DNA of 64,000 bases from Octopus sinensis (taxonomy: Eukaryota). Both the position numbers and the translations under genes were made by a program. A model generated the notes under the pieces. It saw only the letters and a list, made by a program, of their open reading frames with translations, was not told the DNA's origin and did not search any database. The DNA lies in the NCBI RefSeq assembly GCF_006345805.1, contig NC_043022.1:24862001-24926000 (forward strand), written 5' to 3'. This document shows, piece by piece, positions 1 through 12,260 of the stretch (the stretch's first letter is position 1; each line of letters begins with the position of its first letter).

Positions 1-504
1 ATAAATACAGATATGTATATATGTATATAAATATAAATGTAAATGTATGTGTATGTGTATATGTGTATATACATACATACTTACATACAGATGCAGCCGT
101 ACATGCACACACACATATACACACACACACACACACACTACTATACACACACACTCCTAACAAGTATACGTCTTAAGTTGATGCTAAATTAAAGTGGCAT
201 AAAAATGATTACAGTTTTTTTTTTTCATTTTAAAAATTGATGCTTATTTTTGAGTTACCATTTATTTAACCATGCTCAAGGAACATTTTGAAGCACAGAT
301 TTTCTTGTATTGATTTATGCTAATGGTTTTACTTCCACAGTTTATTCTTGTTTATTTTAGCTGTCAAATTAAGAACTGAGAAAGAAAAAGGGGAAAAAAA
401 GTAATTTTGAACAATCTTATGGAACACAAAGAAACGGAAACAATTCGGAGTATCAACGAAACATTGAAATCAGGGACCTGTCAAATAGGGTAAAATATAA
501 TACT

Positions 505-748
505 TCTTCCTAAGTCATATAGACTGATAAGGGCCGGTTTCCCAGATTCTCTGGTGTGTAAATTCCCCAGTGGGACGGGACGCCGGTCTGTTGCAGGATT
601 ACTCATTTTTGCCAGCTGAGTGGACTGGAGCAATGTGAAATGAAGTGTTTTGCTCAAGAACACAACGCATCACCCGGTCCAGGAATCGAAACCACAACCA
701 TACGATCATGAGTTCAACACCCTAACCACTAAGCCATGGCCTCCACGC
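505..748 (-). mobile_element. tRNA-derived SINE, family A
   Basis: Reverse complement has a tRNA-like head (GGCTTAGTGGTTAGG...GGTTTCGATTCCTGGACCGG) and the body CTCCAGTCCACTCAGCTGG. The same family recurs at 22724-22960 and partially at 1201-1289 and 7105-7270. Confidence 0.8.
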
Positions 749-774
749 ACACACATATATAAATATATTTATAT

Positions 775-985
775 AAATGTGACCACGTGTGTACTGTTGG
801 CGACTTTTTTTCCTCCCTCTTCCCTTCTTTGGATCTTTCCTTTTCCTATGTTTCTGACGAAGAGCTCCGCTCGAAACGTTAAATCCTCCTTCTTTCCTGA
901 GCGTCCAATAACACTGTACTTGTTCCACGTCCTCGCGTTGTTGTTTTCTCTTTGTGTTTTCATGTTTGGATTAACTATATATATA
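775..985 (+). mobile_element. Penelope-like terminal-repeat (pLTR) fragment abutting (TA)n
   Basis: Reverse-complement copy of 23025-23225; contains the motif CTGACGAAGAGCTCCGCTCGAAACGTT typical of Penelope terminal repeats. Confidence 0.6.
850..884 (+). ncRNA. Minimal hammerhead ribozyme motif
   Basis: CUGACGA (854-860), extra A, stem II GAGC/GCUC, then GAAAC-GUU. Stem I is weak (GUUU/AAAU). Confidence 0.5.
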
Positions 986-990
986 TATAT

Positions 991-1030
<40 letters not shown>

Positions 1031-1137
1031 TACACTTTTTATAATATTTTTGATAAGGTTCGTTTTTTCAAGAACCGAAACATGTAAAATTCATAAGAAA
1101 ATTAAAATTTACCTAATATAGTGGCGTTTTCAAACTT

Positions 1138-1168
<31 letters not shown>

Positions 1169-2230
1169 TCTTCTATTCTTTTATTTGTAGCAGTCATTTG
1201 CATCACCCGGTCACCCGGTCCAGGGATCGAAACCACAATCTTACAATCAAGAGTCCAACACCGTAGCCACTAAATCACGTGCCTCCACTCTCAACTAGCA
1301 TACAGCTAAATCAGTTCACCTCAGTTTCACTTCCTACTGAGCTTCTGAGCTCATTGGGAAGCAAGCTGGTATCACTGGTTTCTGGTGGCTGTGGTTTTCT
1401 CTGCATCCAGCCATATGATATTAGCCTCTCTCATGCCGGTTATGAATGTCCTGCGCTATGTAGTTTATGGTTTAGCTCTTCCGTCTTTTCCCCTTCAGTG
1501 GTGTTGTTCTGATATCCGATATATATCAGCAAAGGTTGCCTGCTTATCTTCGGCCAAAGGAGGGTGGCGGAATGATCTTCGGAACAGACTCACCCGATGG
1601 CCTGATCCATCCTATCCGATGACAGCAGCGACATGTAGGTGGTGGCAGGTAGGGTCAGGGTTGGAGCTGGGATGGAGCGGGGTGATGGTGATGGTGGGGT
1701 TGTGAAGGTGGCTGTGATGATGGCAATGGAAACAGTGATGCTGTTGTTATTGTTAGTGGTGATGGTGGTGGTGGTATTGGCGGCGAGGTGGCAGAAACGT
1801 TAGCACGCCAGGCAAAATGCTTAGCGGTATTTCGTCTGCCGTTACGTTCTGAGTTCAAATTCCGCCAAGGTCGACTTTGCCTTTCATCATGATAGAATGG
1901 CGTTGTTCTGATAGCCTGCTAGTTTTAAATCTTCGAGGAGTAATATTTATCTTCACTTAAACGTGGATGTTCTATTGGAACAAGCTATACTGAAGTACTT
2001 ACCACGAGAGAAACTCCCATATTGGCTTTTTAGTGCAAAATGCATTCTTGCTTATATCGCTAGCAGGGAAATCAATCCCCGCCATTTTCAGCCCGAGACC
2101 CCCGCATCACATAATTTCGACCTTGTTTGGCCTTGTTAATAACGGACACTCAGCTGCCAGAGGCGACAGCGACTCATCTCCCCGCCAGCGATATACAGAA
2201 TGCCAGTGCTCTCTGTTGCTAATATATATA

Positions 2231-2437
2231 CTCTTTTACTCTTTTACTTGTTTCAGTCATTTGACTGCGGTCATGCTGGAGCACCACCTTTAATCGAGCA
2301 ACTCGACCCCGGGACTTATTCTTTTGTAAGCCCAGTACTTATTCTATCAGTCTCTTTTGCCGAACCGCTAAGTAACGGGGACATAAATACACCAGCATCG
2401 GTTGTCAAGCAATGCTAGGGGGGGACAAACGCACACC

Positions 2438-2497
<60 letters not shown>

Positions 2498-2686
2498 GTA
2501 TATATATATATATATACATATATACGACAGGCTTCCTTCAGTTTCCGTCTACCAATCCACTCACAAGGCTTTGGTCGGCCCGAGGCTATAGCAGAAGACA
2601 CTTGCCCAAGGTGCCATGCAGTGAGACTGAACCCGGAACCATGTGGTTGGTAAACAAGCTACTTACCACACAGCCACTCCTGCGCC
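2231..2686 (-). mobile_element. tRNA-derived SINE, family B, full length
   Basis: Head GGAGTGGCTGTGTGGTAAGTAGCTTG...GGTTCAGTC, internal (TA)/(CA) tract, tail ending GAAACAAGTAAAAGAGTAAAAGAG. Many copies occur in the window. Confidence 0.85.
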
Positions 2687-2990
2687 TATATACATATATA
2701 TTTTTGAAATCTTCGTTTTGTGATGATTTCGCTAAGTGGTCTTGTGTTGGCTCTTTTTAAAATGCTTTATTGGTTACATGGTTTTGCCAGTTCGTTATCC
2801 GGCCTCTTCTCAAACCTCTTTCATACTAGTTATATATATATATTTGCGCCATGCTGTTTTCGATCTTCCTTTCTTTCTTTTTCCCTCGGGTGGTGTTCAT
2901 TTGAAAACGGTTTTAGAATGGTGTTGTTCTAGCAACAGCAGCTATTGTGCTCTGCATGTTTTAACCTTCGTTTTGTGATGATTTCACTGA

Positions 2991-3251
2991 ATGGCCTTAA
3001 GTGGCATCATCAGTAACAAAGGCGGTATTGAGAGTGATGACAAGCATGGAGTTGGCAAAACCGCGACCGTATTTCAGAAAATGTGCGTTATCTGGTTCGT
3101 CATCGCCGTCGGACTATGCACAAAAATTCGCCTGTATAATAGCATTGTTGTACCAACAGTTCTCTATGCTAGTGAGACATCGAAGACCATTCTAGAAAAT
3201 GACAGAAACCTTGATGTGTTACACCAAAGATGCTTGAGAAGGATTCTGTGA
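2991..3251 (+). mobile_element. RTE-clade LINE ORF2 fragment (post-RT region)
   Basis: Peptide TKIRLYNSIVVPTVLYASET...LDVLHQRCLRRIL matches the K.RLY...V.P.LLY..ETW...F...CLRRIL motif of RTE elements. Confidence 0.8.
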
Positions 3252-3546
3252 ATATACTAACTGCTCAATGGTTTTAAGGGTGTTCATCAATGCTACTTTC
3301 TGTGGGATGTGTCCCATTGGCGGGCACCAGTCTTACCAGGGTATAGTCCCTCTAGAACCATACTGTTTTGTTCCGTTCCTTCATCTGTTTAAGTCTGCTA
3401 TCGACCAAAGCACCAACGGCAGCACCTCATGAAGTGTATGGTTCTTCACCATGAAGCACGGTTTTGGACTAGGAGAGGTTATGAATTCCCTTCACTAGTC
3501 CTTAATGGATCATGTACCATCCCATCGCTAACTGCTCAACACTAGT

Positions 3547-4030
3547 TTCCAGAAATTTCGTAGTGGAGACATGAATGCCAAAAATGAAGACGGTTGCGAG
3601 CAACATCTGCTGTCAGCAACGACCAATCGAGAGAAATTTTCGGATGGGTTTCATACAAAAGAACTTGAGGGGCTGCGAAAGAACTCAGGAGGTTGCAGAA
3701 AAACTAAACTTTGATGATCAATCAACAGATTTTTGGCGTTTGAACCATATTAGAAAGTCCTGAAGATCTCGATAAATTAGCGTCACAGGAGTGGAATGAG
3801 AATGAAAAAAAAAACTGCCTTTGTGAAGTTTGCAAAAAAGTTTGCAAAAAACAAAAAAGAATAAAAAAAAACTACAATATATTTTGGATGCATTGTTGTA
3901 TGAATTCTATGTGATAGTAAAGAGCATTCCTCTCAGTGGCTGGCCTAACAGGAGCTTCCAAGAATATTTTCTTAGTCGCATCTAAAGCAGGTGTGGTTCC
4001 ATTTTGCGGTCGGCAAATGGAATTATTCTT
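3547..4030 (+). mobile_element. Decayed mariner transposase N-terminal half
   Basis: Across frameshifts: FQKFRSGDM (mariner WF.KFRSG), TQEVAEKLN..QST..RLNHI (second HTH) and ILCDSKEHSSQWL (mariner WILYDN.RRS.QWL). Confidence 0.65.
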
Positions 4031-4324
4031 TGCTATTCCTAGAATCCTAGCGAAACCATCACACTACATAAACTCGGCTATGGCGGAATTTGAACTCAGA
4101 ACGTAAAGAGAGTCGAAATCTCACTAAACATTTTTCCACGTGGCTAACGATTCTACCAGCGTGCTGTCTTACACTAGATAAATATTGACTGGAAACAGAC
4201 AAGATAAACAAAAATGCAAAGTTTGCGGCCAGCATTGTCCAATCAAAAACGACCAATTCTTCTCTATAACAACTTTCGGTCACTCGTCCTTGCAAAATTG
4301 AACAACTGAGTTGCAAAGACACTT

Positions 4325-4840
4325 TGTGTTGTGACCCTCTTCGGTCATGAATAACCATGGGATTGCACCCAGAAAGTTACCCTCTGAGGCACAAGTCTGG
4401 GTAAGGTTGTTTATGGAAGGCCAGCAGTCGCCCATGCATACCACCCTCCCCTCTCCACACCACCGATCTCATCCAAGGGAAAGGCAAAGGCCGATACAGC
4501 TTGGCACCATTGACGTCGCAGCTCATTTCTTAATGTGCAAGTGGCTGAGCACTCCACAGACACGTGTACCCTTAACGTAGTACTCGGGTGATTCAGCGTG
4601 ACACAGAGTGTGACAAGGCTGGCTCTTTGAAATACAGGTACAACAGAAACAGTAAGAAAGAGTGAGAGAAAGTTGTGGTGAAAGAGTACAGTAGGGTTCA
4701 CCACCACCCCCTGCCGGAGCCTTGTGGAGCTTTAGGTGTTTTCGCTCAATAAACACACACAATGCCTGATCTGGGAGTCGAAACCGCGATCCTATGACCA
4801 CGAGTCCACTGCCCTAACCACTGGGCCATTGCGCCTCCAC
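4325..4840 (-). mobile_element. Composite SINE: tRNA head GGAGGCGCAATGGCCCAGTGGTTAGGGC with a retroposon-derived tail
   Basis: A/B-box-like head at 4780-4840. The same head and body recur at 19890-20085, and the head alone at 44950-45001. Confidence 0.7.
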
Positions 4841-5175
4841 TGCGAAGACACTAATTTCACTCTAAAGACCTTTATTTGACCAACTAATATATATTTTTTT
4901 TTACCTATCTAGAGCGATGAACTGGCAGAATCGTGCCAAGCAAAATGACTAACAGCATTTCATCTGTCTCCACGCTCTGAGGTCAAATTCCGCCGAGATC
5001 GACTTCGTCTTTCATCTTTTCGGTTTCGATAAAATAAGTACCAGCTAAGAGTACTGGGGTTGTTATAATCGACTTACCCCATCCCCTGAAATTGCTGGCT
5101 TTGTGCCAAAATTTGAAACCAATATTTTTCCCAATATTTGCTTATTCCTGCAAATACGTCTTCAACAGCTCAGCG

Positions 5176-5291
5176 CTAGCTCTGTATGCCTTTGAAATGT
5201 TCATCTGTTGCAGGATTCCAGAATTCTATACTGTATTTCTTTCTTGTTTGCAAACTCGAGAGAATTCTATTGGTTCCTGCCGATAAATTTA
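5176..5291 (-). pseudogene. Exon-like coding relic (xNLSAGTNRILSSLQTRKKYSIEFWNPATDEHFKGIQS*), product unknown
   Basis: Strong acceptor (TTTTTTTCTTGTTTTCCTTACCCATCATCTTTACAG), 38 open codons, and peptide similarity to the relics at 7.6, 8.1 and 12.1 kb. Confidence 0.35.
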
Positions 5292-5714
5292 CTGTAAAGA
5301 TGATGGGTAAGGAAAACAAGAAAAAAAAACCCCAACAAAAATAACAAAAAAAAATCGAGATTATTTTTTGCATCAACTGACACACACACACATACACACG
5401 TCATACCATACACACACAATACTGCGGATTTTTATGCATTTATACACACGCAAGATAATATACAAACATAAACACACACACACACACACATACACACATA
5501 TGTACACACATATTAAACATAGGTATATACGTTTCTGTATTTATATATATATGTGTGTGTGTGTATAATACACACAAACACACACATGCATGCACACAAA
5601 TATATATGTGTATATATAATATATGTGTGTGTGTGTAAATATATACACATATATGTATTTGTATATATATATATATATATTATATATATATATATATATG
5701 TATATGTATGTGTG

Positions 5715-5755
<41 letters not shown>

Positions 5756-5902
5756 ATATTCTTTATTTGTGAAATTATATCCACCAATGCACGTGTTGAG
5801 CACTCATTTTCATCGTTTGACATTTACAAATATATATATATATATATTTACATATATGTGTGTGTTATATATATATATATATATATATATACATACACAC
5901 AC

Positions 5903-5946
<44 letters not shown>

Positions 5947-6274
5947 ATGTGTGTGTGTGTGTGTATATATATATATGCACATATATATTTCTATCACTCT
6001 CTCTCTCTCTCTCGCTACACACACACACGCTTGCGTACAGAATTATACACATGATGTACCAGTTCAATAATCAATGAGGCAAGTAGTCCGAAGGAATATC
6101 AATAAATCCACGTATGTTGGTACGCACACACGCATGCGCACACACACATGGAGGAATGTGTTCACTCCCTGTTCTTGTTGTTTTTTTGATAGATTTTTAT
6201 TGTTGTAGCTAATGCAAATAACGAAATCATTATCATCATTATTATTATTGCTATTATCATTATTATTATTATTA

Positions 6275-6305
<31 letters not shown>

Positions 6306-6309
6306 CGTT

Positions 6310-6440
6310 ATTATTATTATTGTTATTATTATTATTATTGAGTGAGAGAGCAGTGCATGCCATCAAAGTGACACTGGAGTAAAATATACGAAGCCCAGTA
6401 TACCCATCATGACTACCTATCTGATAAGGGTACACTAGGC
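6310..6440 (-). mobile_element. Retroposon 3' end with (TAA)n tail
   Basis: GAGTGAGAGAGCAGTGCATGCCATCAAAGTGACACTGG next to (ATT)n; repeated at 6590-6750 and 45500-45815. Confidence 0.65.
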
Positions 6441-6560
6441 ACTATTATTTTTATTATTAAATTGAATACCAGTGGGGTCGATGTAATGGACTAGTTCACT
6501 CCCCACAAAATTCAGGCCTTGAGCCTATAATAGAAAGGATTCTTCTTCTTCTTCTTATTA

Positions 6561-6594
<34 letters not shown>

Positions 6595-6789
6595 GAGTGA
6601 AAGAGTAGTGCATGCCATCAAAGTGACACTGGGGTACAAATATACAAAGCCCAGTATACACATCTTGACAACCTGTCTGATAAGGGTACACTAGGCACAT
6701 GCATCACAAACACATGCGCGCGGCATGGTGATCTCATATCAAGATAAACAGCTGGACTAGCATACGTCAAAGAAGACCCGGATGTATAC

Positions 6790-7110
6790 ACTCCCCACCA
6801 AAAAGGAGATTATTCTTGGGTATGTTTCCTGGAGACTTGAAGACAGTAACTTCAACATGGAGCAAAGACTAACTTGGACTCCTGGTTTGTACATCATATC
6901 ATACTTCAAAGGCCATGCATTTGCAATCCAAGAACAGGAGAATGTTACGAAACACCTAATGAGCAAAAGAGACAGCGATGTCCTTGGACTCCCAAGGTGC
7001 AACCGTAGACTTTGCCATACTTGTGTGGAAGACGTCACACGGGATCAGCAGCCGCACCAAAATGTCATCAAGGTACTACCTCCCTTTGCGACATGACGTT
7101 GTAACGAGAC
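6790..7110 (+). mobile_element. R4/Dong-type non-LTR element, C-terminal zinc-knuckle region
   Basis: FAIQEQENVTK...CNRRLCHTCVEDVT, then after a frameshift ISSRTKMSSRYYLPLRHDVV; matches CRLC..E...H+IS.C.K+...Y..RHD.V of restriction-like-endonuclease LINEs. Confidence 0.75.
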
Positions 7111-8017
7111 TGGCCCTTTCAATTACAGCTACAACTCATTTTTGCTAGCTGAGTGAACTGGAGCAACGTGAAATAAAGTTTAAAGTTTTTTTATAATCAA
7201 ACTGCCGGAAATCGAAATCACAACCTTATGATCGTGAGCCGAAATCCTTAACCACTAAGCCACACCCTTCACACAAACACAGACACAAACAAACAGATAC
7301 ACACACGTTCCAACATGTTTAATTTTCAAGGTTATCTCCATAGATTTTCCACCAAATTCAGAGCCAGCAGTGTTAGACTGAACTTGGAACCATGTGGTTG
7401 ATAAGCAATCTACTTACCACACAGCCACTCCTACAAACATACATGTATATATGTATGTGTATATGTGTGTATACAGAAAGCAAAAGACAGAAATGAGTGA
7501 GCAACAATGAAGTATAATAGTTTGATGCTCGGCAGGATAAAAAGGAGACTGAGAGAGAGAGGGGGGGGAGAAAACGTGCTGGAATGAATATATATAAATT
7601 ATGATACAAGAAGACGGAATGAACAGATGAATCCAAATCACAGCAATTGTTTCTGTGCTATAGTATCAGCTGGTTGTTGCTGAGTGGTTCAAATATACAT
7701 ATTATTATCATATATAAATATGATCCTGCAATAACTGTGTGTCTGCATTGCTGTGCTCTCAAACATGCTCACCTGATGACGTGCAGGTGCACAGGTATTG
7801 CTGCATAACATGTATATTATAACACGAATAGTATGTGCACGGCGGCGAGCAGGCAGTTAGTGGAATGCATACTGGTTTGTCATCTTGCTTTACGTTCTTA
7901 GCTCAGATTCGAGGACGACCTTGCTTTCATACTTTTGATGTACTCGAGTTACCACCCTTCCCCGAAATTACTGGCCTTGTGCAAAAATATCAAACCAGTG
8001 CGAATAGCTTCGGAAAG

Positions 8018-8228
8018 ACTCAGCAATTAACAGCTGATGCTAAGGCACAGAAACAATTGCAGTGATTTACATTCAAGCCTGCTCAGTCTATCATTTATTT
8101 TGAATGAATCCTGCCTGAACTAACGGATTTCTACATATATATCCAGTGCAAGGAGAATACCACAATATGATAGCATTTGGTAGCCGATACCTGCAGAGAA
8201 GCTTTAGGAAGCATGCTGTAAGATGATA
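8018..8228 (-). pseudogene. Coding-like relic (YHLTACFLKLLCRYRLPNAIILWYSPCTGYICRNPLVQAGFIQ), product unknown
   Basis: Homologous at nucleotide and peptide level to the plus-strand sequence at 11770-12145 once the MITE there is removed. Confidence 0.4.
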
Positions 8229-8235
8229 TTAGATA

Positions 8236-8640
8236 CTCTTACTCTTTACTCTTTTACTCTTTTACTTGTTTCAGTCATTTGACTGCGGCCATGCTGGAGC
8301 ACTGCCTTTAGTCGAGCAAATCGACCCCAGGACTTATTCTTTGTAAGCCCAGTACTTATTCTATCGGTCTCTTTTTGATCGAACGTAAACACACCAGCAT
8401 CGGTTGTCAAGCAATGCTAGGGGGACACACACTGACACACAAACACACACACATACATATATATATATACATATATACGACAGGCTTCTTTCAGTTTCCG
8501 TCTACCAAATTCACTTGCAAGGCATTGGTCGGCCCGGGGCTATAGCAGAAGACACTTGCCTAAGATGCCACGCAGTGGGACTGAACCCGGAACCATGTGG
8601 TTGGTTAGCAAGCTACTTACCACAGAGCCACTCCTGCGCC
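8236..8640 (-). mobile_element. SINE family B
   Basis: Head, microsatellite and tail as at 2231-2686. Confidence 0.85.
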
Positions 8641-8889
8641 TATACACATACACATATATACATATGTACGTGTAAACGCATACACATACACTCATATGTA
8701 CACATTAGCTGAATGATGACTAACACAAGTCTGGAATGAACTCCACATCATCACATGACCAGTTGCTGTCTCGACCGTTTTTTCAGTCTCATTATCCTTT
8801 TTCATGTCAGAGTTGATTTAGTTGCAATTATAGCTGGTTAGTTTAGATTGTTTCTGTCTGATCTGGATGATTTTGATATTTCATTAGTA

Positions 8890-9041
8890 TCTATCTATCT
8901 ATATATCTATATATTATATATATATATTATATATATATATAATAAATATGTATATATATATATACATATATATACCATATATATATATTATATATATATA
9001 AAATAAACTATGTATATATTATATTATACATATATATACAA

Positions 9042-9082
<41 letters not shown>

Positions 9083-9795
9083 TATATATATATTATATAT
9101 ATATACGTGTGAATATAATGCATGCATACGTTGGTATGTATTTACATCTAAGCAATAGACATGCATGCTCACACACACACAATATACGCACAAGCACACA
9201 CACACACACACAAGTATATATGTGTGTGTAAATATATATATCTATGTATGTATGTATATATATGTACATACATACAAATATCTATATATATGTCTATATA
9301 TATGTATGTATATATGTATGCATATATATGTATATATGTATTATTATAATAATACCAAAATACTTATATATACATACATACTCGCATATATATATATATA
9401 TAATATATATATATATATATTACACACGTATATTCGCTTATAGTATATATTAGTATATATATATGTGTAAGTATAAATATGTGTCTCGATATGTATATAC
9501 ATATATGCATGTACATACACACACTCACACACAGACACACATTCACACACGTATACATTTTCATTTACTAGGCCAAATGATGGTGTATTGGCGAGTGTGT
9601 TTGTGTGTGTGTTTATGGCATGTGTGTCAGTATGAATATGTGTACGTGTCTTTGGATGGACACATATATATATATGTGCGCATACATTTTATATATATAT
9701 ATATTATATATATATATATAGTCACACACACATATATATATATATACATACATATTTATAGACATATATATATATATACATATATATAGAGATAC

Positions 9796-9844
<49 letters not shown>

Positions 9845-9967
9845 CATATATATACATATATAGACACACACATATATATATACATATACATATATATATA
9901 TATATAGACACACACACATATATATACATATATAGACACACACATATATATATACATATACATATAC

Positions 9968-10008
<41 letters not shown>

Positions 10009-10577
10009 CGCACACACATTACATACATCCACCCTGTTTCCCCGTGTAAACATTACACTCATATAAACACCAATTAGAGATTGAAAATAAACAAAACCAA
10101 TGTATATTCTATATTTTTACACATATATACATAGACACGTACAGACATGCATGCATAACATATACATGCACATACATATAAGTGTACAAACGCATATCTA
10201 TTTAACTAGTTAGCCATCTTCTGCGCTTGTTTTTATAGGTGTTCGGAAGGAAGCATAAATATACACCAATACACACACACACACACACACTAACACTCGC
10301 ACACACCATCTACATGTTTATGTGTGTATGTATATATATATGTATATATATACAACATATACATATGTATATATATATATAATATATATATATATATATT
10401 ATATTATATATATCTATATATATATATATATACATACATACTATACATATGTTTGTATATATATATATATATATATATTCTATATAATATATACAATACA
10501 TATACATATGTATATATATAATATATGTGTGTATATATATATATATATGTACATATATATATATATGTATATATATA

Positions 10578-10612
<35 letters not shown>

Positions 10613-10680
10613 TTATATACACATATACATATATATACACACACACGCACATACACACACATATATACGCATATATATAT
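8890..10680. repeat. Compound (TA)n/(CA)n/(TATG)n microsatellite field
   Basis: Direct inspection; it explains the YI/CV-rich ORFs in the track. Confidence 0.9.
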
Positions 10681-11286
10681 AGGAGCAGGGTGTGGTTGTG
10701 TGGTGAGAAATTTGCTTTCGAACTACATGGTCCTGTGTTCAGTTCCACTATGTGGTACTTTAGGCAAGTGTCTTCTGCTATAGCCTCGGGCCGACCAAAC
10801 CCTTGTGAGTAGATTTAGTTGATGAAAACTGAAAGAAGCCCGTCATGTTCTTCCTGAGCGTTAAACTAATAATTCTGCTTGTTGTTCCTTCACCTCTTCT
10901 TGTCTTTTGTGTTATATACATATGAAACATATATATATATATATGCTAGCATATATATATATATAGTAAGCCTAAGCAATTAAGGGTTTAACAACAAATT
11001 GCCTCACCACACACCGAATTTAGAAATAGCAGTCAAAGAGTTATAGCTATTTTTTCTACTAAAAGGGAGATCTCAGTAAAAACACACCACTTGAAAGGCA
11101 GGTAAGAGAGAATGAAATGACGGCAATCTATCATATATATATAATTTGGGTATGGTAGATGAGTTCAGCAAAAATTTAGATTCATGTGACTATGGTACTT
11201 AAGTTGAGGCACCAGAATTTAGTACGGTATTATACAATTCCAAAGCAAGGTTATTAAAATATAATTTATCTATCTACTTAGTATCT

Positions 11287-11755
11287 ATTTCTTTACTACC
11301 CACATGGGGCTAAACACAGAAGGGACAAACTAAGACAGATAAACGGATTAAGTCGATTATATCGACCCCAGTGCGTTACTGGTACTTATTTAGTTGACCC
11401 CGAAAGGATGAAAGGCAAAGTCGACCTCGACGGAATTTGAACTCGGAACCTAAAGACAGACGAAATACCTATTTCTTTACTACCCACAAGGGGCTAAACT
11501 CAGAACGTAAAGTCATACGAAATACCTATTTCTTTACTACCCACAAGGGCTAAACACAGAGCGGACAAACAAGGACAGACAAACAGATTAAGTCGATGAC
11601 ATCGACCCGGGCGTAACTGGTACTTAATTTATCGACCCCGAATGTATGAAAGGCAGAGTCGACCTCGGCGGAATTTGAACTCAGAACGTAGTGGCGGATG
11701 AAATACCACTAAGTATTTCGCCCGGCATGCTAACGATTCTCCCAGCTCACCCCCT
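11287..11755 (-). mobile_element. SINE family C (Meta/MESC-like core), tandem units
   Basis: Core GAGGTCGACTTTGCCTTTCATCCTTTCGGGGTCGAT on the minus strand; the tail CCCCTTGTGGGTAGTAAAGAAATAGG occurs three times. Superfamily name is from memory. Confidence 0.8.
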
Positions 11756-11769
11756 TAATATCTACTTTG

Positions 11770-12260
11770 TATCATCTGGGTAATAACGTTATAGCATGCT
11801 TTCCAAAGCTTCTCTTTGGTTATCGTCTAGCACAGTGGTTTTCAACCAGGGTTCCGCAGAACCTTAGGGTTCCGCCAGTACAGTTCAGGGGTTCTGCAAG
11901 AAGTTACAAAACTACTAAAATCGGCAGTAATTTTTAATTCTCCTGTGCAGATATGTGTGCATAAGACTATTAAATTATTGCACAGGGGTTCCCCGAGCCA
12001 GTGGAATGTTTCCTTGGGGTTCCGCTCCAGCAAAAAGTTTGAAAAGCACTGGTCTAGCACATGCTATCAAACAGAAGAAATTCTCCTGTGACTGGTCATA
12101 CATGTGGGAACTCATTAATATCCGAAGAATTCATAGAACAGTGTCTTATTACAAGAAGGAAGATTGAACATGCTTTTATCAGCCGGTAATTGATGAATGT
12201 TTCAGGAATCATACAGCTTATTGCATCAATATGATCCAACAATTGCCATGTATCTGCACG
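11770..12260 (+). pseudogene. Coding-like relic interrupted by the hAT MITE (YHLGNNVIACFPKLLFGYRLAHAIKQ/NSPVTGHTCGNSLISEEFIEQCLITRRKIEHAFIS/PVIDECFRNHTAY)
   Basis: No stops over about 85 codons after MITE removal and two single-base frameshift corrections; aligns to the 8.1, 7.6 and 5.2 kb relics. Confidence 0.4.
11833..12051. mobile_element. hAT (Charlie-like) MITE, 219 bp
   Basis: 15-bp TIRs CAGTGGTTTTCAACC / GTTTGAAAAGCACTG (2 mismatches); perfect 8-bp TSD GTCTAGCA at 11825-11832 and 12052-12059. Confidence 0.9.

Noticed and set aside
1300-1640. Minus-strand LHSAGHS*PA*ERLISYGW, faintly like a gypsy integrase zinc-binding region
   Set aside because: Too degenerate; no CxxC or other pol motifs nearby.
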